From Chrysomallon squamiferum (lineage: Eukaryota; Animalia; Mollusca): a stretch of DNA of 64,000 nt. Below the pieces are notes generated by a model, which worked only from the letters and a program-made list of their open reading frames with translations, did no database searches and was not told the origin of the DNA. Below are positions 13,803 to 26,473 of this stretch, piece by piece. Location of the stretch: the NCBI GenBank assembly GCA_012295275.1, contig CM022666.1:7378001-7442000 (forward strand), given 5' to 3'. The position numbers were made by a program, and so were the translations under genes. The number at the start of each line of letters is the position of its first letter. Position 1 is the stretch's first letter.

Positions 13803-14413
13803 GAAGAGAGAGAGAGAGAGAGAGATTAGTAATTTGTACATACCGTTATATTTTGCAAATCATTTATTTTTTAATATATTTAAATTTTATTATGTAAAAT
13901 TTAGTAGCAATATATTATCGGCAGACGACATCCAGTAATAATAACAATAATAATAATAATAATAAAAGTAATAATAATAATAATTATAACAATTATAACA
14001 ATAATAATAATAATAGGTTTCTAGCACCATGTTACAGAAATAGATTTTATTTATGACAACCTAAATATCCCGGGAAACCGGCAAAGCGCCAGCTAAGCAA
14101 AATCAGCTGATTTTTACAAGCGAATCAGCTGACTGGGGTCAGGTCACACGCGTGTACCTTTGATGCTCATTTCCGTTAGCGGAGCGTAGCGTTCCGCTTC
14201 AGCGAACTTTCTCGTCAGAATGAGAAGAGAGAGAAAAAAAGAAAAAAAACTTTGGTCACCTAGATAAACGGGTGACAAACAAAACTATTCCAGAAAAGGA
14301 TAATTAAATTTTATCTCCAATTTTTCTTTTTAGCATAGAAAGATTAAAAAAAAAAAGAATGAAAAAAAATTAAGTCAAGGTCTCTAGTTAACAGAAAGTA
14401 GAATACTGTTTTC

Positions 14414-14486
<73 letters not shown>

Positions 14487-14864
14487 GATTTCCATGAGGC
14501 AGATTAAAATAATAAAAATAAATGATATTATTTTGTTCACACAACTTGTTAATTAAAATTCGATCACGCATGATTTCAGATCAAAGGTTAAAGTAAGGTG
14601 TACTTTACAAGGACCAAACAAAACGAGTCCCTTTACTAGTGCAAAAAAAATGACGCAGTTTTGATATACCAAATCACTTACCACTGCGTTTATAAATAGC
14701 TGGGTAGCTGAATGGCTGGGGCGGTTGCAAAAGGATTCATGTGTCCTAGAATATAATCAGTAAAATAATAACATAGAGTTAAATACATTATTAACATGTT
14801 TTGGTAACAACAACAACACTAATAATAATACATGCATGCACGAATAATACATACGTTCCTATGT

Positions 14865-14888
14865 ACGTACATGCATGCATGCATGCAT

Positions 14889-14921
<33 letters not shown>

Positions 14922-15097
14922 TACATACATACATGCACACATACATACATACATACATACATACATACATACATACATACATACATACATACATACATAC
15001 ATACATACATACATACATACATACATACATACATACATACATACATACATACACACACACATACATACATACATACATACATACATACATACATACA

Positions 15098-15129
<32 letters not shown>

Positions 15130-15160
15130 CATACATACATACATACATACATACATGTAT
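14865..15160. repeat. (ACAT)n microsatellite, ~290 bp
   Basis: Direct inspection; source of several spurious HTYI/MYVC ORFs. Confidence 0.95.
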
Positions 15161-15935
15161 TATACGTACGTACGTATGCAGAAACATAAGTTGCACAGTA
15201 TGGACATGCACGTTTGTCATGTTTTGCTGTCCGAGTATTTTAAAAATTATTTACTAACTTACTAACATGTTAAAAACAGCGAGGAAATGCGCTGGCTCCC
15301 AACAGAGTATCGGCAATGCGTGCATGAACCTTAATTAGATATTAACATACAAAATAAAGTAAACATCGATGATATACTTTTCAACGAAAATATTTTAGCC
15401 GTTTGTTTTTTGGAAACAAAAAACTATTAAGTCGAAGTTTTACTGTAAAAATAGCATAAACCAGATAAACGATAGATAAATCGATCTGATGAACTCGAAA
15501 AAATTTTCCCGTTCCAAACAGTTCTGCAAACTGGTATAGAGGATGTTTTGGTTTACATTTAAAACTACTCGATGCATGTTTTCTCGATTATTACTCTGAT
15601 TTGTTTCACAATATGTAGAGATCATAATAAAATATGACATTTAAATGTCATACAAAGATAATTTTGTAATGGGAAAAAAAAAAAAAAAAATCCCATTTTA
15701 GACACGGATTTTTGGCACACATAGTTAAATTAATATGCAAACACATTCTAAATAAAAAAAAATAAATAAGAAGATAATTATGCACGCTCGTGCACATTTA
15801 TGAAAGTATGTTCATTTTCTTTGTCTATAGTTCTTGCTTATATCGGAAAACTATCTTTCTATTCGCACGCATGCGCACAGTCACGCACAAACTCCCAATT
15901 TCTTTCTCAACACACACTAATTCTTCTTGTCATTT

Positions 15936-16017
<82 letters not shown>

Positions 16018-17375
16018 CCCCCCTCTTGCTATCCCTCTCATAACGAGATTTATTTCAGGTGACGAAGATTTTACATGACGAATTAAAAAAATTCAGCAGG
16101 AAACTGGATCGGATGTAATTGTCCTGCATGACAAAGTAACAGTATGATTCTATATCGGGAAGGGCTTTGTGAATGAAATTTTTAATAGGTGTTAGTCAGA
16201 GACATATATCTCCAGATCAGTTAACGATCTTAGTGTGTCATAAACAACATTATAAGTGACCGACATTAGAATCCTTAGTAAAGAAAATTATGTAGGTGTG
16301 TGAGTGTGCGTGACCGCACGTGTAGACACAGACCTACCGACACACAGACAGACAGAGAGACACACATGCTGATTTGAAACAGGAGAAAGATGCGGTCATA
16401 CGACCTAGCAAAACGGAGCTGTAGAAATTATCACGTGACTTGATTCCATTAATTGATTAACTTTTAAACTACTAATTATTCTGTAACTGGAAACGTTGCT
16501 TGTTATCGCGAAGTTAGTCGTCTTGTTTTCGTATGAAAGGGAAAACAATCACGATGCTATTTATAATTATTTGTCATGAATGAAACATTCGGATTAGAGT
16601 TATCTGCCCTTACGGGGCGTGGAAGAGACATTTATAAAGTTATAAATATGCTACGTATTTCCTGCTGAGAGTCCTAATTAACGTTAACATCAAAATATTA
16701 AAATAAAATAATGATGCAGTTGCAAAATTATAATAACCGCAGCAACAGAGACAATAACAACGTCTACAATAAGGAAAAGAAAGGAAGAAAGCAACGTTAA
16801 CAAAAAGACAACAACAACAACAACAACAACGAATAATGAAAGACTGAACATTCCTCTATCAAGTTATTTATTTTACTTCTTCCCCAACGTATAAACATGT
16901 TTTCGGTTATACACTATATATCACATAACCATGACAACAACAACTAAAAAAACAACATTAATTACAACAACAACAACTAATACTACTTCATACAGCAATA
17001 ACCGTAATTAAAAACCAAAGCGGCTAGGCTTGTGTTTACGACTGATGCATATTGTCGAATTTAAATAGGTATAACACTGTGGGTCACACACAAATCAGCA
17101 ATCCATGTTATTTATATCTTGTTTGCTTTCAGCTGCAATGTGGGTTTGGTTACTGCAAAAAAAGCTTAAATAAATTATGTTTACTTGCAAGTTTTCGTTC
17201 CGTTATTATCTGATTAAATAATTACATCTGTGGTGTTATTAACATATTTATAAACATAACATATTTTGCAAGCTGTTGGATGCTGGCAACCTTTTCTAAT
17301 AATAAAGTATAGATTTGATGCAAAACGTCCTTATTGGTTAGTTTTCTTCTTATTTTGCTCTTCCGAGAAATGTAT

Positions 17376-17408
<33 letters not shown>

Positions 17409-17524
17409 AACAACACATCTGTGGTGGTGTTGGTTGAATTATAACAGTACTGGAAGTAACTGTAGTAATAATAGTACTAGTAGTAATAATAGTAGTATAG
17501 TAGTAGTAGTAGGATGCAAGAAGA

Positions 17525-17840
17525 AAGTATGACAAGAGATATTATAAGATATACAAGATAATGGTATCACAAGAGATATAAGATATACAAGAGGAAGATA
17601 TCAGACGAGATATGAGATACATTAGAGAAGGGTATCACCAGAGATATTATAAGGTATACAAATGAAGAGTATCACAAGAGATAACATAAAGGATACAAGA
17701 TTACAAGAAAAGGCTCAGAGGAAGATGAAATCGCAAGGGACATACAAGTGCAGAATATCACAAGAAATATTTTACGATATATAAAACGAGCCTATTATTA
17801 GAGATGTTATACAAGAAGCTTATAAGAAGAAGATATTACA
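17525..17840. repeat. Degenerate purine-rich minisatellite (gaag.tatcacaagagatattataagatatacaaga-like)
   Basis: Recurrent 'atcacaagagata' and 'atatacaaga' motifs at roughly 35-40-bp spacing. Confidence 0.6.
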
Positions 17841-19906
17841 AAAGAGACAAGGAAAAAAGCGAAAATAGAACATAAACAAGTGTTCGTGTCAGTCGGCTTC
17901 GGGTACGCGGCACCTTTAAGCGTACTGCCACTGCTACTACTACGACAAAGGCTTTTTTTTTTCTTTTTTTTTTTCAAATCTAGTTCACAGCCTTGGACTT
18001 ATTTTTATGTAGCCGTGGCGTGCACTGTCAGCAAACAGCTGAGTCGTTGTTAACAGGCGGAAGGAACAATGACGCGATTGTAGCAACCGCAGAGATCACG
18101 ATGGTGTCAAACTGCTACTCATAAACAACTTGTATCTCTTCTCTTCTTTCTTTTTTTTTTTTTTTTTTTTTTATATTAATGTCACTCGATTGAAGTGTAA
18201 GGTCAGAAAGTGCCTTCACAAATCAGGCCAGTAAAAAAAAAAAAATTTAAAAAAAAATAATAATAATAATAAAAAAAATTAAAATTAAAAATTATAAACA
18301 AGAGATTGACAGATTGTAAAAACAAAGAAACTCGGATGACCTTGAGGTCGCTAATGCAGTGATGCAGTTGTCAAAATTAACCATTTAGAACTTCCGGTAA
18401 AGTATATTAGAAACTAGATGTAAAATAAATATATATATATTTTTTTTTTCTGTTGCGACCTATTTGTTGCAGTAATACTGCTACTCTAATTACTACAACT
18501 ACAGCGGCTACATTTGTTATAAATACTACGACTACAACGGTTACTAATTCTGTTTTGTGTTTTCAGTAATAATGCAATACTGCAACCACAGCGTCTACTA
18601 CTACTACTACCACTACTACTATCACTACTACTTCTGCTACAGTTATTACAGTTACTATAATTTATACTATTAAGGCTACTGTTATGACTATTACTTCCGC
18701 TACTACTACTGCAATTAATACTACTATCGCTACTGCTACGTCTAAAACTACTACAGCTACTACTGCTGCTACTGCCACTACTATTGCTACCAAGAATATT
18801 ATTACTATTGTTACTATTTTTGTTTGCTCCACACACTCGTAATATTAGTACAAAAATTACGATATTTAAATTTTACCGCCAAACGTTTTTGCAGGTAAAT
18901 ATTACTTGTATTACTAGTCAAATTGTAGCACATTATAAAGCTTTTATATAATCCTAATAATATATAATTAATATACCTAATAACATAAATTTCAAATGAC
19001 ATTTCACAACAAATTTAAATGATAAAACCATATTATTCAGATATTTTTGTTTAAACAGCCAAACTACTTGTGTGTGACCTGACCTAACCTGACCTATAAT
19101 TTAATTCAGTCAAGTTCTGACGTAACAAATGATAATAATAATAAAAATACTGAGTACAAAAAAGCCTTGAGGTTTCGAGCACCCTTTGAATATTCAACAA
19201 AGGGAGGTAACTGTGTTTCAAGGTGATCTAGTTTCTGTCCGAATCAAGCTAGGCTCTGTGTTTGTTTATTAAAGGTGTTCTTTGTGAAAATGTTTCGTCA
19301 GGAGTGCAACGGAAAAACAGACATGCAGACACGCACATAAATGCATAAAGACAATGTATGAGATATTCGTGCGTTAACTCATAACGTGCAATTGGATATA
19401 AACAAAAGCGCATGCATAAAGTTATGACAAACGCGCGCAAAGAAACGTGCTTGGACTTAGAAAAGTATTTAAAGCTGTAATGCGTGTATGGCAGTTGTAA
19501 AGGGCAGCTGTTTGCTTCTTTGTGAAGGTGTTTTGTTGTTGTCTATCTGTTTGTTTGTTTGTTTGGGGGTTTTTTGTTGATTTTTTTTTTTTTTTTTTTT
19601 TTTTTTGCTTTGTTTTTACTTTCCAATGAAGTTTTCTTCGTCTTCTTGGGTCATCAGAAAGCGACACTGAAGAACGACATAAAAAAATTTAAAAATTAAA
19701 AATTAAAAAAATTATAAAAAAGAAAGAAAAAAAAAAAAAAAATATATATACACTGGGAGACACTGAACGAAAGAACGAAAGAAAGAAAGAAAGAAAGAAA
19801 AAGAAAGAAAGAAAGAAAAAACAGTAAGAGAAAGGTTTGGAGACTGGAGAAAAGGAAAGAACTTACGTACCTACCTATATATATATATATATAGATAGAT
19901 AGATAG

Positions 19907-19961
<55 letters not shown>

Positions 19962-20022
19962 TATATATATATATACACACACACGCACACATACACACAT
20001 ATCTACATATACACACACACAT

Positions 20023-20055
<33 letters not shown>

Positions 20056-20369
20056 TGTGTGTGTGAGAACGATAACAAGAAAACGAATTAAACTGAGCGA
20101 AACAAAAGAGAAATACAGAATAAAAAAAAAAAAAAAAAAATACTCAAGTCAACGTCCTCCGTTATTTTTCTAGTCAAACAGCAAGTTATGAAAAGAGTAA
20201 CTTGTGCGCTGATCCTCAAATCAACAAGCACAGTTAACACATCACGCTTTGCCAGAATACAAGTCTATTAGCAGATAAACACTGTATTTACCACTGGAAG
20301 TTAGATTAACCTTCTTTCTCTCATTAATTCTTTCTCAGTCCACGTCCTGGCATTATGACCAGGGGCAAA

Positions 20370-20460
20370 CGTCCGCGAGAGAAATGTACCTCAGAGGTTA
20401 GAGCGCTCGTCTGTTGTGTTTCAGGATGCAGGATCGAACCTTTACAGGCAACCCTGATTT
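20370..20460 (+). mobile_element. Degenerate tRNA-derived SINE head
   Basis: 'aaatgtacctcagaggttagagcgctcgtctgttgtgtttcaggatgcaggatcgaacc' has an A-box-like (tacctcagaggttagagcg) and a B-box-like (ggatcgaacc) motif. Confidence 0.4.
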
Positions 20461-20959
20461 TCGATAATGTATCCTTGACCATACCAAAGCTTAATTTTCT
20501 GTATTCTGACGTTATCTGTGTTTTTAAATGGGCTCTCTGGTAATGTTTTTGGCTATGATAAGCAAACTTGTAGATTACTGTGATAAAATAATTTATAATC
20601 ATTTACATAGACCCTGGTCCTGGTTATAAACAACAGTTATATGTTGTTTTTCGTAGAGTTTTCGGGTGTCTTTTCTATTTTATTTTATTTTTTTTTTATT
20701 TTTATTTTATTTTATATTATTTTATTTTATTTTATATTATTTTATATTATTTTATTTTATTTTATTTTATTTTATTTTACGTTTTTTTATTATTTTATTG
20801 TTGTTTTCCTCTGTTTATGAGACGGTGCTTATAAAAGATTCCTTGCTGCTGATCGACAAGAGTAGACCACATTGTAGTAGTGATGGTGGTAGTAACTGTC
20901 CCAGACGTTGTAGTAGTAATAGTATTATTATTTGTGATAGTGATTGTAGAAGTAGTAGT

Positions 20960-21423
20960 AACAATAATATTTAGTAGCAGTAGTAGTAGTAGTAGTAGTA
21001 CAATAATAGTAGAAGAAGTAGCTAGTTGGAAAAGTGGTAATAGTAGTAGTATATTTTGCAGCAGTAGTAACAGTAGTAGTAGTAGTAGCAATAATAGTAG
21101 TAGCTGTAGTAGTAGAAAAGTGGTAATAGTAGTATATTTAGCAGCAGTAGTAGTAGTAGTAGTACAATAATAGTAGAAGTCTTGTAGTAGGAAAAGTGGT
21201 AATAGTAGTAGTATATTTAGCAGCAGTAGTAACAGTAGTAGTAGTAGTAGTACAATAATAGTAGAAGAAGTAGCTGTAGTAGGAAAAGTGGTAATAGTAG
21301 TAGTATATTTTGCAGCAGTAGTAACAGTAGTAGAGGTAGCAGCAGTAGTAGTAGTATAGTAGTAGTAGAAGTAGTAACTGTAGTAGCGGTAGTGGTAGTT
21401 ATAACACATTAGTCTTGTGATGA

Positions 21424-21466
<43 letters not shown>

Positions 21467-21760
21467 TGAAGTCATAGTAGATGTGGTATTAGTAGTATTT
21501 ATTTTCGTAGTAGTAGTGGTAGTTGTATCAGACATGGAAATAGTATCAGCAGTAATATTAGTAATAGTAGTAGTAGCAGTAGCAGCAGCAGTAGCAGCAG
21601 TAGTAGTAGTAGTAGAAATAGTAGCAGCAGCAGCAGTAGCAGTAGTAGTAGTAACAGTAGTAGTAGTAGTAACAGTAGTAGTAGTATAGTAATAGTAGTA
21701 GTAGCAGTAGCAGTAGTAGTAGTAGTAGCAGCAGCAGTAACAGTAGTAGTAGTAGCATAC
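20960..21760. repeat. (AGT/AGC)n microsatellite field with ~100-bp higher-order repeat
   Basis: The motif 'aaaagtggtaatagtagtagtatatt' recurs four times within (agt)n. Confidence 0.85.
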
Positions 21761-22154
21761 AGGAGTTATAGCAGGATTATATGACGATTACTAATAACAT
21801 CATCATCATCATTAATTTAAGTAGTAAGATCAAATCAGCTTGGATCATAATAAAGACAATGACGATGATATCGATCGCAGAAATGTTGACAAGAAAGAAA
21901 AATAATAAACCAAAATAATAAACAAACAGAAAACAAAGGAAAAGCAAACGAATCATTATTGCACAATATTTAATATCATCAAGACAATCATCACGTGATA
22001 AGAAGAACCAAACATGTTTGATTTACAACTGCATCATGATCGCTTATTTTTATTTCCTCACCCTGTTTAAAAATAATAAAATATAATAATTATTGCTACT
22101 GCTATTGTTGAAAGAAACATACGGCTGTAATAACAAAATTGTATTACAACGACG

Positions 22155-22374
22155 TCAGGCTTTAACCGTTGCCAGGTATTGTTTTATGTGTTCGATGTCT
22201 TTCGGATACACTCGGCAGCATCCGCCGACCCACCTCGCTCCGTGGTTTATCCACTCACCCATGTGGTTTTCAAGACTCAGCCTGGAGGGTCGCCCGCCCC
22301 ACCTGCAAACAAAACGTTAAAGATCAGCTGTGATGGCACTGCTAAAAACAACAACAACAACAACAACAAAAAAA

Positions 22375-22430
<56 letters not shown>

Positions 22431-22439
22431 TTTAAAAAA

Positions 22440-22476
<37 letters not shown>

Positions 22477-22704
22477 ACAACAACACCAACAACAACGACG
22501 ACGATGATGATGATGATGATGATGATGATTATGATAATAAAATTAAAAAGAAAACAACAAAACACCCCCACAAAAAAAAAACCACCACTTTGCTCCTCAT
22601 ACCGTGCGAAAAAACGCACACACACACACACACAAAGATAAATCAACATTTGACATTATCCTTTAAGAAACCTATAAGAACGTTTAGATTACAAAGTGAT
22701 AATT

Positions 22705-22769
<65 letters not shown>

Positions 22770-22781
22770 TTACTATTGTTA

Positions 22782-22842
<61 letters not shown>

Positions 22843-23948
22843 CATATTACGACAAGAAACAGCGGACATGCATTCAGTCACATAGCCAGATCAGCTATAA
22901 CCTTTGGGTGAACAAAACAGATTCGAAATTTTTGGGATTTTTTTTAGATTACATATGACAACGTGAGCTTTTTCACACCGAAGTACCAGTATTCATTGTC
23001 ACAAAAACGTAATAACTACTTGACCCAGGCTTATGAATGACGTATGTACGTGACCTCTGAATATGACAATGCAATGTAATGTGTGTCAGCATGGGCTCGG
23101 GTTTCACGCTGTTATCAGAAAACAGTATGAAAATCACGTATTCTGGAGACGGGTGGCTATCGAACTGAGGCAAAGATTTAACTGTTTTAATGAAGTAAGC
23201 GGAAAGCTGTCAGCTGTTAAAGGTACAGGGCTTTAGCGATGCCTGATAAGAATTTTTATTTTAATACTGAGTATTTGTTTATATTGAGTGTATACATATT
23301 TACAAACATACTAAAGCATACATATATAAATGCATAACTCCACATACATACGTACATACATAATACCCATACATACATACACACGCATGCATACAAAGGT
23401 ATGCATGCATGCATGCATGCGCGCGCACGCCCGCATTCACACACACACGCATAGATATACATGCATTCAACATACAATATATAAATGCACTTAATGTCAA
23501 AGTAAAATGTAACTAAAGAATTTACTATGACGTAAGTGTTCTATGACGAAAACTGTTCTGTATGACGTAATCTGCACACTGAAGATATTCATTTAACAAA
23601 TGACGTAATTGGGAACCGGGACTGACGTCATAACAACTTACCCTTTTCCTGGTGTCCAGGATTCTCCCGAATTCGGCTTCACAATCACTGGCTTATTAAC
23701 CTGACCTAGCGACTGCAGCAACGACGTCACATAATCAGGATGTGTGCAGTTGATACCAACAGCAATGACGTTGTCAGATCCTATGACACTTCTAGCGGCA
23801 GCGGCAAACGATTCTCCATGATTGGTGTGAATTTCATCCTGAAAAAATTACGTTTTTTTAAAAATGAAATTTAAAAAGAAATCGTCATTATCATTATTAT
23901 CATCATCATCATCATCATCATCACCATCAACAAGAAACAGAACAATCC

Positions 23949-24007
<59 letters not shown>

Positions 24008-24119
24008 TTGACAACAACAACAACAAGAAGAAATATATTATATTGCTCATAACAATGATAATAAAACTAGTTAATGACGAAGTATTTATTAAAAGGTTTT
24101 ACTTAGTGTTTATGCACCT

Positions 24120-24153
<34 letters not shown>

Positions 24154-24432
24154 TTTTTTTTAACCTCTCTCATAAAAGATTTCTAACCTTGCAGGAGAAG
24201 GTAACCCAGGCTTTAGAACCAGGAAAATCTTTTAGCAGCTGGACCACAGCTTCAGCCTCTTTCTGAATCGGCATAGTCTCGATAGCCAACATATCTGTTC
24301 CACCCTCTAACAAAGCCTTGACTCTCGGTCTGTGCCACGTAATCAGCTCCTGTTGGTTGTGAAGGAAAACAAAAATATTATACTAGCAGTGTCGTCATCG
24401 TCATTACAGTCATCATCATCGTCGTCGTCATA

Positions 24433-24467
<35 letters not shown>

Positions 24468-24719
24468 AATAATTATTATTTTCATTGTTATTCTTATCAT
24501 CAACATCATCAACAACATTATTACTTATTACTACTACTACCACTGGTGATGCTACTGGTGATGCTACCACGACTACTACTACTACAACTGCTACTACCTC
24601 GGTGGTGAGTTTTTCGGCGTAGTTCCCCGTGTATTCTGATCCGTCGTGAAGACACGCGCCGTAAGGTCCCACAGATCCGGCTACCTTGAGTTTGTCTGTA
24701 ACAACAACAACAACATGAA

Positions 24720-24755
<36 letters not shown>

Positions 24756-25079
24756 TAATAGTAATAGTAATAATAATAATAATAATAACAATTGTAATAG
24801 TAATAGTAATAGTAATAGTAATAATAATAATAGTAATAGTAATAGTAATAATAATAATAGTAGTAATAATAATAATAACAATAATAATAACAATAATAAT
24901 AATAGTAGTAATAATAATAATAGCAATAATAATAATAATAGTAATAATAATAATAGTATAATAATAATAATAGTAATAATAATAATAATAATAATTGTAA
25001 TAGTAATAGTAATAATAGTAATAGTAATAGTAATAATAGTAATAATAATAATAATAGTAATAGTAACAATAATAATAAC

Positions 25080-25113
<34 letters not shown>

Positions 25114-25155
25114 GTAATAATAATAATAATAATAACAATAATAGTAATAATAATA

Positions 25156-25188
<33 letters not shown>

Positions 25189-26281
25189 GTCAGAAGAAGA
25201 TGATGATGACGATTATGATTATCATGATGATGAAGAAGACGAAGGAGAAGGTGATGACAGTAATGATGATGAAGTATAAGTGAAAAAAAAGTATAGAAAA
25301 AATTAACTGCACTGGACATGATACGAAACCTCACACTGTTGTTAATGTCGTATTTGATTCAGAGTTTATGGATACTACGATACAATACATTATAATCGAT
25401 GTGATACGATACGTTATGGACAATGCATATAAAAACCAATATATTAGTTATCATAAAATACGTCACAATATAAAAATAATAATAATATGATGTACGATAC
25501 TAAACGAAAACAACCAGGAAAACTTTACGATTGGACTCGAAACGATGTTATCGATACAACAGAAAACGGTTATTACGTACCATAATACACTATAAATAGC
25601 AAAACAATAAATTCTCGGCCTACCACCCGTTTGGAAACAATGTTATCGATTCTTACGTACAACTCGATAAAGAATATGTCTACCGTACCGTTCAATTCGA
25701 AACGATACTGTCGATACAATACAAAATGCTTGTTACTTAACGCAGTATAATATAATATCAAACGATAAAATTCACACCTACCATATATTTCGATAGATAA
25801 TATCGGTACGAGACAAGCTGGTTCTTACTTAGCAGTGTATGAATCGATACTAAACGATAAAGAACAGGTCCGCCAAACGGGTCGTGTGGAAACGATAATA
25901 TCGATACGACGAAAAACAAACTGTTCTTGCGCTACAGTAATGTACTGAACCATAAACAATATACTTTCCAAAAGATTCGAAACGATATTGTCGATATTAT
26001 TTTAAAGCAGTTCTTACGTACCACTGAACAGTTCGATACTAAACGAAACGATATTATCGGTACAAAACAAATCGATTCTTACTTTTCAGTTCGCCGTGTT
26101 CTTGTTGAACCTCTTCGCATGCTTGTTTGGCCACGTGGACAGAACTTCTGATGAGACTTAGGGCTTCATCTTCAGTGACACCGAGGTGTTTTTTGAAACC
26201 GTCAAGAGAAGCCTGATATGAACAAGACACAATAATCTCCGCTCCGGCCTTTAGAAAACTGACAATTAAAACCAAATGAGA

Positions 26282-26336
<55 letters not shown>

Positions 26337-26397
26337 TTATTATTATTATTATTAGCGTTTGTTTATTTTTCTGATTCTTTAATTGTTTATTTACACA

Positions 26398-26473
<76 letters not shown>

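Noticed and set aside
16039-16098. Terminal-exon-like segment VTKILHDELKKFSRKLDRM* after tttatttcag
   Set aside because: No partner exons or homology evident; could be chance.
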